A DNA stretch of 64,000 nucleotides from a virus: IMG/VR virus record IMGVR_UViG_3300045988_180880, positions 1 through 64,000 of that record. One strand, given 5' to 3'. Shown one piece after another: positions 42,782 to 53,119 of the stretch (positions within the stretch are counted from its first letter, which is position 1; each line of letters opens with the position of its first letter). The position numbers and the translations under genes were made by a program. A model generated the notes under the pieces. The model was given only the letters and a program-made list of their open reading frames with translations, was not told where the DNA came from and made no database searches.

Positions 42782-43565
42782 CTCCAGTTCCTGCTTTAAT
42801 AGATAAAATAGGTTTAATAATTTCCAAAATTTTCACTGTATCTTGTATTCCAGTTATTATTTCAGAAGGATCTTTATATACCTCGGGCGCTTCATCAATA
42901 CAGGCGAGACATACAGAACTAGAATATACATTGCCCATACTTTCTTTAAATTCTTGGAGACTTAATCGTTCTCTTGCTTCTCGCCTAGACATTAAGCGCC
43001 CAGCACCATGAGGAGCACTATAATTTCTATCAGGATTACCAAGACCTTCACAAATTAAGGTTCCAAAAGCCATGTTCATAGGGATAATTACTTTCTGTCC
43101 GGCGTAAGCTTGAATAGATCCTTTTCTAATTATTCTATCTCTTGGATCTATATAATTATGAATAGACTCAATCCTCTCAAGCTCTTTTCCGAGTCCAAGA
43201 GCTTTTTTAATTCTCTCTGATATCACCATTCGATTATATTCTGCATAAGCTTGAGCAAAAAACATATCCCCGAGATAACCAGATATATCTTCATGTGTTA
43301 CTAAGAATCTACTAGGCGGAATTGTATATCGGCCGGAAGCATGAAGTTTTTCTATTTCTTCTTTGATTTTCTTCCCTTGACCTTTATACTTCTCCTTAAT
43401 TCCTCTCTCGGCCGCTTTCATATCCGCCTCAATTATCCTAGTTTTCCCAATTTGTTTTTTCCAATAAGCAAGTATTTTTATTCCTAAGTTTCTTGATCCT
43501 GTATGAATAGTAACCCAAACAGACTCTTTATCTTCTTCTACCTGTCCAAGTTCTATAAAATGATT
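42768..43565 (-). CDS. rtcB: RNA 3'-phosphate ligase RtcB, exon 2
   Basis: Begins NHFIELG (second half of the GGGNHFIE motif). Also HTGSRNLG and APHGAGR. The ORF-track ORF 42768..43607 extends 14 codons into the intron. Confidence 0.85.
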   Translation of the reverse strand, partial: NHFIELGQVEEDKESVWVTIHTGSRNLGIKILAYWKKQIGKTRIIEADMKAAERGIKEKYKGQGKKIKEEIEKLHASGRYTIPPSRFLVTHEDISGYLGDMFFAQAYAEYNRMVISERIKKALGLGKELERIESIHNYIDPRDRIIRKGSIQAYAGQKVIIPMNMAFGTLICEGLGNPDRNYSAPHGAGRLMSRREARERLSLQEFKESMGNVYSSSVCLACIDEAPEVYKDPSEIITGIQDTVKILEIIKPILSIKAGTGDGED

Positions 43566-43815
43566 CAATTTTGTTACTAATACCTTTTCAAGTATTGGAT
43601 AGGTCATTTCTGCCTATCTCTAGTAGTTCTTTTTCCTACTAGTTCGGAGCACACCTTCTGACTTTTATGCCAGGCCAAGTCCCTCTGCTCTCTACGGGGG
43701 TATAAGTTTTAACACTATAACCTTCCCTCGGTGATTAGCATCTCAGCTTCTCCCGATATGGACGACTTTTACAACGAATGACTATTAATCATTCTGGAGG
43801 CAATCAATTTTTCTC
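43566..43815 (-). ncRNA. group I self-splicing intron (no internal ORF) in rtcB
   Basis: It splits GTLGGG|NHFIEL. P1 is readable: exon GGAGGU | gagaaaaauugauu GCCUCC, with U:G at the splice site. The intron ends in G (uuG). The region is visibly richer in GC than its flanks, with several hairpins (GAAUGA/UCAUUC, CUAGUAG/CUACUAG, GAUAGG/CCUAUC). Confidence 0.8.
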
Positions 43816-45267
43816 ACCTCCACCAAGAGTTCCAAGAGATTTATAGAAAATTCCCTCAGACATACCAATTCTTTTAAGGGTTTTTGATATAAATTTCTCT
43901 ATCTCTCCAAGACCCTCATAACATACAAATTCAGGCCATAAACTTCTTGCTCTTTCAAGTTTTGTTTTAAAAAATTTCTTGAATTCTTTTTCTTGGATAA
44001 CAGTTTTCTCATTAATCTCCATACCCATTGGAATATCTCTACGAATTCTAGCATCCCAAAGAGCTAATTCTGGATCTCCCGAAGGCATTTTATATTTTAC
44101 ACTTAACATTCCACAATTACCAGTAATAAAAATTCTTCCATTTCTTCTACATACAAAATATCCAGTATCCGTGGTAAAACAATATTTAAATCCATCAATA
44201 GAAGGAACAATACTAGATTTTTTATTATAAGTAACTATTTTATTCCTAGCAGGACTCACATAATAAACTATATTCCATCTCTCTTTTCCTAAAATTTCTG
44301 AAATTCCTGCTCTAGTATTTGTAGCCGAAAATGCAAATTGAATTACATCTATATTATCTTTATTAGTATTTGAATAAGAACTTCTATATCCATTATGTCC
44401 ATCCCAAAGTAAACACTCTTCTTTTACTATTTCAAGTTGCTCTTTAGTAGCCAGATAATACTTTTTAAGATCTTTGTTTATTGAAAAATCTACATTAAAT
44501 CGTATAGAAGTAGATTTATCTTTTAATATTGAAATTTTATACTCAATATTAGCATCCTCTAATAATTTTTTTGCTCTTTCTATTTTTCTTTCTTTTCTAA
44601 AATGTAATTCTATTCTATTATGATCTTTAGCAGGTATTATCTTTCCATCCGCTTGTACCATAATATCTATTCTAATCATTTCATTGGACAAACTAACACC
44701 TGGGTTATTAGATATATTAAAACAAGTTTTAAATCCATAAAAACCTTTAGATAAATTGAGTTTATCTAATTCTATTGGAGTAATTTTTCTATGATTCAAT
44801 TTATGTCCCTTCCAATATCCAGAGTATACTAATAAATTATGTTCTGAACTAATCAATTGATCTAATCCACTTTTCTTATTATAATATTGATGAAATTCAG
44901 TACAAGGAGATTTTATATACTTTATAGGTTTTAAAAATTTTCCCTCATCCGTTTCCGGATCAAATTGCATAATCTCTTCATCAGCATAGTTAGATATTTT
45001 AATCCACCCAGTTGGTGTTAACACTTCTGTATCACAATCTAGACACGATATATCACAGCCAACTACATCAGGATCAAGAGGACCGCCAGAATAAGTTTGA
45101 GTATATCCTACTACGCAACCTTTCCCACAATGAACATCCTCCATAATCCTAACTGTTTCATTCTCAGTCATTTTAGTATTTAAAAGTTCGTAGACTTGAG
45201 AAACTGCTTCTGGTTCAATATTATCAGTAAAGACAATTGCTTTACCATATTTTCCTGTTATTTCCAT
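43816..45267 (-). CDS. rtcB: RNA 3'-phosphate ligase RtcB, exon 1 (contains the intein)
   Basis: VRIMEDVHCGKGCVVG, VVGCDIS|C...N|CGM (the DIGCGM motif interrupted), and it ends GTLGGG. Confidence 0.85.
44116..45045 (-). mobile_element. intein (310 aa) with an insert resembling a LAGLIDADG homing endonuclease
   Basis: Starts CLDCDTEVLTPTGWIKI (block A). Block B SSEHNLLV. Ends FVCRRNGRIFITGN followed by the +1 Cys. Internal IDIMVQADGKI and ECLLWDGHNGY resemble LAGLIDADG motifs. Confidence 0.8.
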
Positions 45268-45271
45268 ATCC

Positions 45272-45985
45272 CTATAATTTCTTTGATAAACTATAAATCC
45301 AATGACGTCCTTCTTCAGTCCACCTCTTTACATTTCTTGGTTTTCCTGCCTTGTCAAATATAGTAACTATTTTTGTATATCCAAATTTATCAAATGGTTC
45401 CTTTAAGTACCATTTCTTTTTATCATGAGATCTAAAAATTAAATTATTCTTCTCTAATAATCTTAATAATTCTATATTAGATATTCCAAGACCCAAATCT
45501 TTCACTATATCTCTTGTTGAATATAGATTTTCTGAAGTAGTTAGGACTCGATTACAATAATCTACTTGAGGCTGTTGATTTTGAATAGTAATCTGTAGGT
45601 TAGTAATTTCAGAGGTTAATCTTCCAATTTCAGCGTCTCTCAGAGCAAATCCATTATTTATAATTTCGTCTAATTTTCTTAGACACCATACTCCAAATTT
45701 AGGACTACACCACATAGCAAAATGAATAGCTATTAATCTATGCATCCAAGTACCTTGATTCTGAGGAATACCTCCTTTAATAACTACTATTAATTCCGAT
45801 ATCGGAATTCCGATATCGATCGAGACCTCATTGATTAATTCTTTTGTCTGTTGATTACTAAGATAATGACCTAACTGCTTCTTACAAACTTTTGCTATCT
45901 CAGTAGCATTAATCATGACATCATTACTTGTCAATGCAAATGGAATAATACATCCATTATACTCAAAATTTAATAATTCATTCAT
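45272..45985 (-). CDS. KilA-N domain protein with a KilAC/antirepressor-like C-terminal domain
   Basis: FEYNGCIIPF...VMINATEIAK...QGTWMHRLIAIHFAMWCSPKFGVW, and C-terminal YSTRDIVKDLGL...W.L. Confidence 0.7.
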   Translation of the reverse strand: MNELLNFEYNGCIIPFALTSNDVMINATEIAKVCKKQLGHYLSNQQTKELINEVSIDIGIPISELIVVIKGGIPQNQGTWMHRLIAIHFAMWCSPKFGVWCLRKLDEIINNGFALRDAEIGRLTSEITNLQITIQNQQPQVDYCNRVLTTSENLYSTRDIVKDLGLGISNIELLRLLEKNNLIFRSHDKKKWYLKEPFDKFGYTKIVTIFDKAGKPRNVKRWTEEGRHWIYSLSKKL

Positions 45986-46001
45986 ACTTATATAAAATAA
46001 A

Positions 46002-46023
46002 GGGAGTAAATCATATTACTCCC
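46002..46023 (-). terminator. hairpin terminator
   Basis: GGGAGTAA-N6-TTACTCCC just downstream of 46031..46537. Confidence 0.55.
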
Positions 46024-46030
46024 CTAAAAC

Positions 46031-46537
46031 TTATTTCTTTTCTTCAACAGCTTCCTGTCCCTGCGTTTCTTCTTTAGAAGGTTTGTCTTCTTTAACTGGA
46101 CCTACAAACAATCCGCGAAGAATACACATCTTATTTTCTAAGGTACACTCTGAATGTTCCTTATTATAATATTCACAGATATCAGGGCAACATTTATCGA
46201 TTACTTTGTCGAGATAAACCAATTTTTTATTTCCGGCGATTTTTTGTAATATATCAGGCTGATCTTTGAAAATTTCCTCAAGAGTGCCTTCTTTTGGAAC
46301 CATTGAAGTTAAATCTGAATCTTCTCCTTCATTAGCTCCAAGATCATTACAAAAATCGATAAATGATAGTTCTTCATTTCCGGGATCTCTAGGATCAGGG
46401 ATAAAAGAACAACATTTTCCATAAGGACATTCTTTATCACAAATTAAATGTGATGTTGGAATTTCCTCAATGGGTCTAAAGACTACCACTTTTTCTCCGT
46501 TAGATGTGGGAACTTTTACTGTTTTTAACTTTTTCAT
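46031..46537 (-). CDS. Cys-rich hypothetical protein with an acidic/lysine-rich tail
   Basis: CDKECPYGKCC ... CCPDICEYYNKEHSEC ... C. Confidence 0.6.
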   Translation of the reverse strand: MKKLKTVKVPTSNGEKVVVFRPIEEIPTSHLICDKECPYGKCCSFIPDPRDPGNEELSFIDFCNDLGANEGEDSDLTSMVPKEGTLEEIFKDQPDILQKIAGNKKLVYLDKVIDKCCPDICEYYNKEHSECTLENKMCILRGLFVGPVKEDKPSKEETQGQEAVEEKK

Positions 46538-46610
46538 AATTTAATTCATTAATGTTATTTAATTCTTTACGCATTTATTTTCGAAGCGGATTCTGTATTA
46601 ATTTCCGCTT

Positions 46611-46621
46611 CATATATAAGA
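46611..46621 (-). promoter_or_regulatory. recurrent promoter-like motif (minus strand TCTTATATATG, preceded by CCCCTGAAAT)
   Basis: 73 nt upstream of ATG 46537. Immediately followed by the hairpin GAAGCGGA-N12-TCCGCTTC in the leader. Confidence 0.55.
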
Positions 46622-46685
46622 ATTTCAGGGGAGAAGAAAATAAAAAGAAGGAAGTATTTCATTCCTTCTTCTTAAATGTTCTAGT

Positions 46686-47381
46686 TTAGTTAGTTACTGC
46701 ATAAAGAATTGTGTTCCCTTCTCTTCTAAGAGTAAATAGTCTTTCAACCTCATTATCACTTATTATTTTATAGTCCTCTCGTTTTTTAGAAACTAGATAA
46801 TCTTTAATAAGTCCATAATTAAATGACTCTATCACAAGATGACAACCATTTGGAGTATTAATTTTTCCTAGAATATTAGTATATCCTGAGATAAATTTTT
46901 CTATATCATGTTGATAGAATTTATCTTCAGAATCAATATCTAAAATCCACCTAGGTTTATCTACAACTCCTTTTGATTGAACCGTTTCATTACTTAAGGC
47001 TACTTTCTTTGGAAGATTATGTATATTTGTATAATCATTGTTTGCTACTCTCTTAGAATATTCAAACATACATTGCTTTCCAAATTTTTCCAAAGATCTT
47101 GGTGTAATAGATATGTAAGCTCTTGCTTTATAATGTTCACACATCTCCGTTAATCGATTCCAGGATTTTTCAAGAACTCCTAAATCTGTCACCCACCAAG
47201 CATATCTCTGTATTTCTTGAAGAGGTAAATCAGGATTCTCTTTTCTTCTTTGTATAACTTGCACAAAATAATATATCTCCGGTTTACCTTTAGAAGATAT
47301 CTTAAATTTTAGAAGACTTTTTACTGTCTCTAAATTATTTATTACTCTCATGATTTTATAGTATTTAGTAAAAATTTCCAA
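46686..47381 (-). CDS. hypothetical protein (weak primase-polymerase/AEP-like motif spacing)
   Basis: WILDIDSED ... 17 aa ... TPNGCHLVI resembles AEP motifs I and II. Not conclusive. Confidence 0.5.
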   Translation of the reverse strand: MEIFTKYYKIMRVINNLETVKSLLKFKISSKGKPEIYYFVQVIQRRKENPDLPLQEIQRYAWWVTDLGVLEKSWNRLTEMCEHYKARAYISITPRSLEKFGKQCMFEYSKRVANNDYTNIHNLPKKVALSNETVQSKGVVDKPRWILDIDSEDKFYQHDIEKFISGYTNILGKINTPNGCHLVIESFNYGLIKDYLVSKKREDYKIISDNEVERLFTLRREGNTILYAVTN

Positions 47382-48904
47382 GAAACCGTTGCTGTATGAT
47401 CTGAAGAAAAGATATCAACCGTCTTACTAGTACTCTCAATCAATGGAAAATGTTTATCATTAAATCTCGTTGTTTTTGACATAATGATCTGAAACTTTCT
47501 TCTTCTAAGCTCTTCATTATATTTAGTGAGATTAGTTTTCCATTCTTTTCGAATCTCTTCGATTGGCCTTTTTCCAAAACCAATAGAGTCTAAGAATACT
47601 TTGATTACACTACTTTTTGGTAATGCTCCTCTTTGATATTCTTTATACATAAGTTGTCTTTTTTGTTTTTCTCCAGGGATACCAGAAATAAAACTAACCA
47701 ATTCCATTATCATTTCTGATTTTCTTGTAGCTTCTTTATCAGTTTCCTTCTTAGGGAAGTAATAATCTCCAACTATTCCAAGAGATTTAAGAAACTCTAT
47801 TTTTGGATCTAAAGTTACCTTCTCAGGATAGTACTCTTGAATATATTCATTAGCTATTGCTGCAAGTTTATACTTAACTTCTAATCGAGAAAGGTAATAA
47901 CTACTAATATCTCTAATTGCACACTTAGTTACTACTGGAAGAGATGAGATATCTATTAGATACTCTCCAGAAAACACTAATTCTGATTTTATTATCCCCA
48001 GTCGTTTAAATTTCCCGGCGAGTTTATTGGAAATCATAACTCCTATTAAAGACTGATTAAGAAGACCATCCTTTACTAAACATATAGATTGTCTTGTTTT
48101 ATATGTTTTTTCGCCGGGTTCTATTCCGACTGTATTTTCTGGGATATTAACTACCACATTAGTATCAAAGCAGATTCCTAAGTTAGCTCGTCTTTTATTT
48201 CCAATCGTTCCTGTCACTTTCGCCCATTTATCTTTTTGGTAAGTAACAGCAGTATTACTATCCACTTTTTTAGGAGAAAGTCTTTTATATTCTCCGATCA
48301 ACTCTGGATTAATAAGAATACTTGCATTATCCTCAATTAAATCAGTTATTAACCTACTAATTGAATATTTATTATAATCTGAATAAATTTTTGGATACTT
48401 AGTTTTTCTTTCAATAGGTTTGGGTGTATATTCGGAACGTTTAATAATATCATTAAGATCTTCAATATAATTAGTCATCCCTACACGACCGTACATCTCG
48501 TAAAAACCTTTGATAACTATTTCATCTTTTGTTGCTTGCGCTAAAAGTTCAGCAGTATCTAGGTATTCAAGTTTAATTGTACTTCCTAAAAAAGATAATA
48601 TAATTCTAAGATCCTGGGTTGAATAAGTTTCCCCAGAGTATCTTTCAACTCTTTTTTCTCTTACTATTCCCCATGCAGATGCGTAATTATGAACACTAGG
48701 ACTAACTCTTATTTTATTTTTTCCATAAGAATCCATTATTAACCAAGGATTACCAGAAGAACTAAGTTTATCTGCTAAAAGTACATATTGATACTTTAGA
48801 TTTTTCTTATTTCTCAGGATAATCTCAGTACTTTTCCCATACTCATAATCACAGTACTTTACTAATTTTAATCTTGAACCATTAATTTTAATTTCTTTTT
48901 CCAT
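47348..48904 (-). CDS. hypothetical protein
   Basis: 518-aa ORF with no motif recognised. Confidence 0.65.
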   Translation of the reverse strand: MEKEIKINGSRLKLVKYCDYEYGKSTEIILRNKKNLKYQYVLLADKLSSSGNPWLIMDSYGKNKIRVSPSVHNYASAWGIVREKRVERYSGETYSTQDLRIILSFLGSTIKLEYLDTAELLAQATKDEIVIKGFYEMYGRVGMTNYIEDLNDIIKRSEYTPKPIERKTKYPKIYSDYNKYSISRLITDLIEDNASILINPELIGEYKRLSPKKVDSNTAVTYQKDKWAKVTGTIGNKRRANLGICFDTNVVVNIPENTVGIEPGEKTYKTRQSICLVKDGLLNQSLIGVMISNKLAGKFKRLGIIKSELVFSGEYLIDISSLPVVTKCAIRDISSYYLSRLEVKYKLAAIANEYIQEYYPEKVTLDPKIEFLKSLGIVGDYYFPKKETDKEATRKSEMIMELVSFISGIPGEKQKRQLMYKEYQRGALPKSSVIKVFLDSIGFGKRPIEEIRKEWKTNLTKYNEELRRRKFQIIMSKTTRFNDKHFPLIESTSKTVDIFSSDHTATVSWKFLLNTIKS

Positions 48905-48928
48905 AATTCTTATGTTTATTGTTATTTA

Positions 48929-49459
48929 TTATTCATTAGTAAGAGTTTCAAGAGCTTCTAAAAAATCCAAGATATTCATTATAAAATTACGATAACTTTT
49001 ATCGGGTTTATCTGGAAGTCTAAGAGAATACTCAATAAAACCTCGTAATTCTATATCAGAAGGACAAATATTCATTATAATATCTTTGTAAAGATTATTA
49101 TGAACTGTTTCTGAGATTATAAGATTATTCTTAAGCTTTCTAAATAAACTTCGTTTTGTTAATTTTTTATAATTATCCTCAGAATGTAAATAAACAGGTA
49201 ATACCATTACTAAATCTCTAACTTCAGAAGGACTAATCCAGTTCCCTATTGGAGATCTAGCTGCATTTAATTCTTCATAGTTCTTTAGAATATGATAACT
49301 CAAAAGTTTATTTCGAAGAATAGATATATTTTTATCATAAATAAATTTTATAAATTCTTCTCTATTAAATAACTGATTAAATCTGATATAACCAACTATA
49401 ATATTTTTGTTATATCGTAATCTATAAAATTCAATACTTTCTATTTTTATTTTCTTCAT
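48929..49459 (-). CDS. hypothetical protein
   Basis: 176-aa ORF. The promoter motif ends 2 nt before its ATG. Confidence 0.6.
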   Translation of the reverse strand: MKKIKIESIEFYRLRYNKNIIVGYIRFNQLFNREEFIKFIYDKNISILRNKLLSYHILKNYEELNAARSPIGNWISPSEVRDLVMVLPVYLHSEDNYKKLTKRSLFRKLKNNLIISETVHNNLYKDIIMNICPSDIELRGFIEYSLRLPDKPDKSYRNFIMNILDFLEALETLTNE

Positions 49460-49461
49460 AA

Positions 49462-49472
49462 CACATATAAGG
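49462..49472 (-). promoter_or_regulatory. recurrent promoter-like motif (minus strand CCTTATATGTG) abutting a start codon
   Basis: Only 2 nt from ATG 49459, which suggests a possible leaderless transcript. Confidence 0.4.
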
Positions 49473-49589
49473 AAAATAAACCCCGACCTATCACAGGCAG
49501 GGGCTCACACTATAATATGCAATTCAAAGGATTTTCTCTTTTCCATTTATAAGGATTTAAAGCCTTAAGATTGATAAACAATAAGAATT

Positions 49590-50417
49590 ATGAAAAATAT
49601 TAATGAAGAAAAAATTAAAAAATTTAAAAAGATTACAGAATTAATTTTGAATGGACTAAAAGAAATAGGAATAAATCCTATTCTATCCGAAGATGATACT
49701 TCCCCTAATGAAGAGTGGGGAAATAGTATGACAATGTCTTTCAGTTTTTCTAATGGAGGACTTAAATATTGGTATCTCGGAATTTGGGGATGTGGGAGAT
49801 GGTCTGAAACTTACGATTGTGATAATTCTGAGGACTATATATCAGTCTTTCTAATTCACAAATGGACGTATGATAAATTTAGACCTAGTAGTTCAGATAT
49901 AGAATACAGAATTACATTAAACGATAAACCTGTAGAAATATATCATGTAATTCAAGGGTTAGAAGAAATTCATAAAAATCCTATTCAAGAATATTATAAA
50001 ACTTTTTGGGAACATAAAAGTGATCATGATATGCCTTGTCTTGAATATTTTAGAGATTGGTGGTTTCATGAAGTTACTTATCCGATTCAAGAAAAATTGA
50101 GATATAAATGGAGTGTAAAAATATTATATAATTTTCTTAAAGTATTATCATGGATTGACCCTAGAGTCTCACGAAGGAAGTTATTTAAAGAAGAAGGGTG
50201 TATTCCAATCTATACTTCCGGATTTTTAGCGACGGAATGGGCATCAAGTCGTGATTGGGCTTTTAATAGCTTTGCATGGTTATATGAAAAATTTCCATGG
50301 TGGTTATGTAAAATCTGTAAACATAAATTATTTGATGCACACTGGAACGTCGCTGATTTTCCGGAAGAAGTAACAAATACTTTAGAAAAAAGAATGTGGA
50401 AAGGAGTAGTAATATGA
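49590..50417 (+). CDS. Trp-rich hypothetical protein
   Basis: 275-aa ORF. Confidence 0.6.
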   Translation: MKNINEEKIKKFKKITELILNGLKEIGINPILSEDDTSPNEEWGNSMTMSFSFSNGGLKYWYLGIWGCGRWSETYDCDNSEDYISVFLIHKWTYDKFRPSSSDIEYRITLNDKPVEIYHVIQGLEEIHKNPIQEYYKTFWEHKSDHDMPCLEYFRDWWFHEVTYPIQEKLRYKWSVKILYNFLKVLSWIDPRVSRRKLFKEEGCIPIYTSGFLATEWASSRDWAFNSFAWLYEKFPWWLCKICKHKLFDAHWNVADFPEEVTNTLEKRMWKGVVI

Positions 50418-50632
50418 AAAAGTTTAAATTTGAGGAATGGTTAGATGAGAAAGGTGGAGGTTGTGAACTCATTTTAATATGTCTTTTTTGGAAATTTATA
50501 TTTGATCCTATTATATACCTAACTACCAAAGATATGGATTGGGTAGTAGCATCACAAACTCCATTCATAATATTTATTCTAACTCCATACATATTATTTA
50601 GAACAAGAAAAAGATGGAAAAAGAAAGATTAG
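50396..50632 (+). CDS. small membrane protein
   Basis: CELILICLFWKFIF and TPFIIFILTPYILF. Confidence 0.5.
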   Translation: MERSSNMKKFKFEEWLDEKGGGCELILICLFWKFIFDPIIYLTTKDMDWVVASQTPFIIFILTPYILFRTRKRWKKKD

Positions 50633-51153
50633 ATTTATTATTAGTTTATGCAAATGATCTATATAGATATATTGCTAAGAAACTTGGAGAAGATTATGAG
50701 CCAAAAAATTTAATTGGTCTTTTAGGATGGTTAGACGAACATAACGTAATAATACATATCCAACCAGAATTTTATAGTCAAGGTATAAATTGGAATTGGC
50801 AAATTTCATTTTATAATCCAGAAACTTTTGATGATCCAGATCTTATGGATGGAACTGGATTATATGGAGATAATGGAGAATATCCTACTAGAGGAAAAGC
50901 TATGTGTTGTAGTATTGTTAGAGCACTAGAATTATATATCCTTGAGATGATAGATTCTGAAGAAATTCTAGGCGATTACAAACTTCCAATGCCTTCTGGA
51001 ACAACAGTACAAGATCTCTTAATTTACATGATAAGAAATCAATATTCTGTAACAGTAGATGAAAAATGGTCGGAAATGAAAAGAAAATCTATTAATGAAT
51101 ACTTTAATTACTTAAAAGAAAGGATAATAGAATGTTGGGAAAAAGTTGTCTAG
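50614..51153 (+). CDS. hypothetical protein
   Basis: 179-aa ORF. Confidence 0.6.
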   Translation: MEKERLDLLLVYANDLYRYIAKKLGEDYEPKNLIGLLGWLDEHNVIIHIQPEFYSQGINWNWQISFYNPETFDDPDLMDGTGLYGDNGEYPTRGKAMCCSIVRALELYILEMIDSEEILGDYKLPMPSGTTVQDLLIYMIRNQYSVTVDEKWSEMKRKSINEYFNYLKERIIECWEKVV

Positions 51154-51326
51154 GATGTTTTATGTTCTTGGTAATAATGTTCTTAGGATGTTTATTCCTA
51201 GGATTTATAACTAAGATTGTATTCGCGCTATCAGTAGGAGTATTTATTCTTACAGCATATATCATTGGAATAATTTTTATGGCTTTCGTGATTTATAATG
51301 CAATTAAATTTTTACTTACATCATGA
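51132..51326 (+). CDS. small two-helix membrane protein
   Basis: FMFLVIMFLGCLFLGFI and VGVFILTAYIIGIIFMAFVI. Confidence 0.5.
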   Translation: MLGKSCLGCFMFLVIMFLGCLFLGFITKIVFALSVGVFILTAYIIGIIFMAFVIYNAIKFLLTS

Positions 51327-51490
51327 AATGGAGAAATTTTATACAAGATTTAGTTCTGATAATTATTGGAGTTATTCTTTCAATAATTCCAGAAAAATCA
51401 GAATTTACAGAGATGCTAACTACATTCTTCATAACAGGAGGAGTTATTAAATTAATTTGGGATTTTATAGTAAACAGTGATGAAGATTAA
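51323..51490 (+). CDS. small membrane protein (55 aa)
   Basis: ATGA overlap with the upstream gene. LVLIIIGVILSII. Below the ORF-track cut-off. Confidence 0.45.
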   Translation: MKWRNFIQDLVLIIIGVILSIIPEKSEFTEMLTTFFITGGVIKLIWDFIVNSDED

Positions 51491-51492
51491 TT

Positions 51493-51777
51493 ATGGAAAC
51501 TATAGAAATAAATTATAAATATAAACCTGGAACAAGATTATATCGAGTTACTTATGGAGAGCTTAAGTATTATGATGTTGAATGTGTAGATATAAAATTA
51601 TCATTAAATCGAGATGAACCGCTTATAACATATCAACTCAGAGTTAATAATTCATCTGGAAATAGAGATACATCTTGGGATTTTGAAATAGATAAATACT
51701 ATTCATTAACCCCAGAAGAAGCTTTAAAGAAACATTCAGCGGAGTTATTAGAAAAATTTAATTCTAAAGATAAATGA
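51493..51777 (+). CDS. hypothetical protein
   Basis: 94-aa ORF. Confidence 0.55.
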   Translation: METIEINYKYKPGTRLYRVTYGELKYYDVECVDIKLSLNRDEPLITYQLRVNNSSGNRDTSWDFEIDKYYSLTPEEALKKHSAELLEKFNSKDK

Positions 51778-52142
51778 CGATTATAGTAATTATATTCTCA
51801 ATAATAATATGTCTAATAGGAGTTTATTTTCTCTTAATTGAGACTAGAAGAATAAGAAAATGGCTAGGAATTGGACTAATTCTTATCACAGCGTGTATTG
51901 TATCTACTATTTATACTGAATGGGTAAATAATAGAGTATTTCAGTATTATACACTTAAGATTACTCTCAAAGATAATACCGAAAAAGTCATAGAGTACGT
52001 TAAAGCCTCTGAGTTATCTATACGATTTGCTGAGGATTCAACTATTATAGTTTGTGATACTATTCCTAGTGTAGTAAAAATAGAATTAATTGAAGTAAAA
52101 CAAAAACGTTATGGAGAAGTACATAAGAACGCTAATTTCTAA
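51774..52142 (+). CDS. two-helix membrane protein
   Basis: IIVIIFSIIICLIGVYFLLI and LGIGLILITACIVSTIY. Confidence 0.55.
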   Translation: MTIIVIIFSIIICLIGVYFLLIETRRIRKWLGIGLILITACIVSTIYTEWVNNRVFQYYTLKITLKDNTEKVIEYVKASELSIRFAEDSTIIVCDTIPSVVKIELIEVKQKRYGEVHKNANF

Positions 52143-52557
52143 AGGAATGTCCAGAATAGAGGCTGAAATGTTTATAGACGGATTAACAAAAGTTATTCTA
52201 GAAAAAAGAGAACCAGAACCAATTAAAGCAATATTTCCTACATACTATAAAATTAAAACAATAGATTCAAATACTAATGAAGATCTTGGTTTCATAAAGT
52301 TTGATGTAGGATTTGATGCTAAATTTTTTGATTATGATACTGCCAAAAAAATTTGTACATATTTAAATGAACATGATATATACAGACAATTAGATTCAAT
52401 CGATGCTGTAAATTATAATAAAAAACCATGGTTAACTATAACTCGCGATTGGAGATCTTATGTGAAATATATTACAAATGAAGGTAATGTTTTTTATATA
52501 GAAGTGAATTGGAAGATAGGACAAGCAAGTTGGAAAATAGTACCATTTTATGATTAG
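52111..52557 (+). CDS. hypothetical protein
   Basis: 148-aa ORF. Its N-terminus (YIRTLISKGMSRIEAEMFIDGL) resembles that of 52629..53078 (YLEKLKALGVKDEEAAKNLL). Confidence 0.55.
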   Translation: MEKYIRTLISKGMSRIEAEMFIDGLTKVILEKREPEPIKAIFPTYYKIKTIDSNTNEDLGFIKFDVGFDAKFFDYDTAKKICTYLNEHDIYRQLDSIDAVNYNKKPWLTITRDWRSYVKYITNEGNVFYIEVNWKIGQASWKIVPFYD

Positions 52558-52628
52558 AATATTACTCTGTGGGTTAGCAATCCTATTTGTAATTGGAATT
52601 TGGACTATAGAATTTATACAAAGATTAT

Positions 52629-53078
52629 ATGGAAAAATACTTGGAAAAATTAAAAGCGCTTGGAGTAAAAGATGAAGAAGCTGCCAAGAATCTACTTAGA
52701 GAAATAATCAATGATATTCAAGAAAAAGACATCATACATTTGATCATTTATTACCAAACAGGAAGTTCTTTTGAAACGCATAATGATGTAGATATTATTG
52801 ATTATCCTTGGAATAATATATCTATCGCAAAAGAAAATGAAGAAGCAATTCGACAGCATTATAAATTTGCAATGGATTTAGAATATATATGTACTTCTGA
52901 ATCAAGAGAAAAACTTAAAAAAGAAGCTGCTAAGAATTGGTGGTATGTAGAAGGACAATACAGTAGATATTCTCTGAAGTTAAAGAAAAATGATGGAACT
53001 TTCTTTACTTATAGTACTCCATGGATTGGCTACTTTGAACGTTTAAATGACATAGAAATAAAAATTTGTAACAGTTAA
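52629..53078 (+). CDS. hypothetical protein
   Basis: 149-aa ORF. Confidence 0.55.
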   Translation: MEKYLEKLKALGVKDEEAAKNLLREIINDIQEKDIIHLIIYYQTGSSFETHNDVDIIDYPWNNISIAKENEEAIRQHYKFAMDLEYICTSESREKLKKEAAKNWWYVEGQYSRYSLKLKKNDGTFFTYSTPWIGYFERLNDIEIKICNS

Positions 53079-53084
53079 TAATAT

Positions 53085-53119
53085 TAACTACACTAGTCTA
53101 TTATGGATTGGTGTAGTTA
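53085..53119 (+). terminator. hairpin terminator
   Basis: TAACTACAC-N17-GTGTAGTTA followed by TTTATTTT. Confidence 0.65.
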
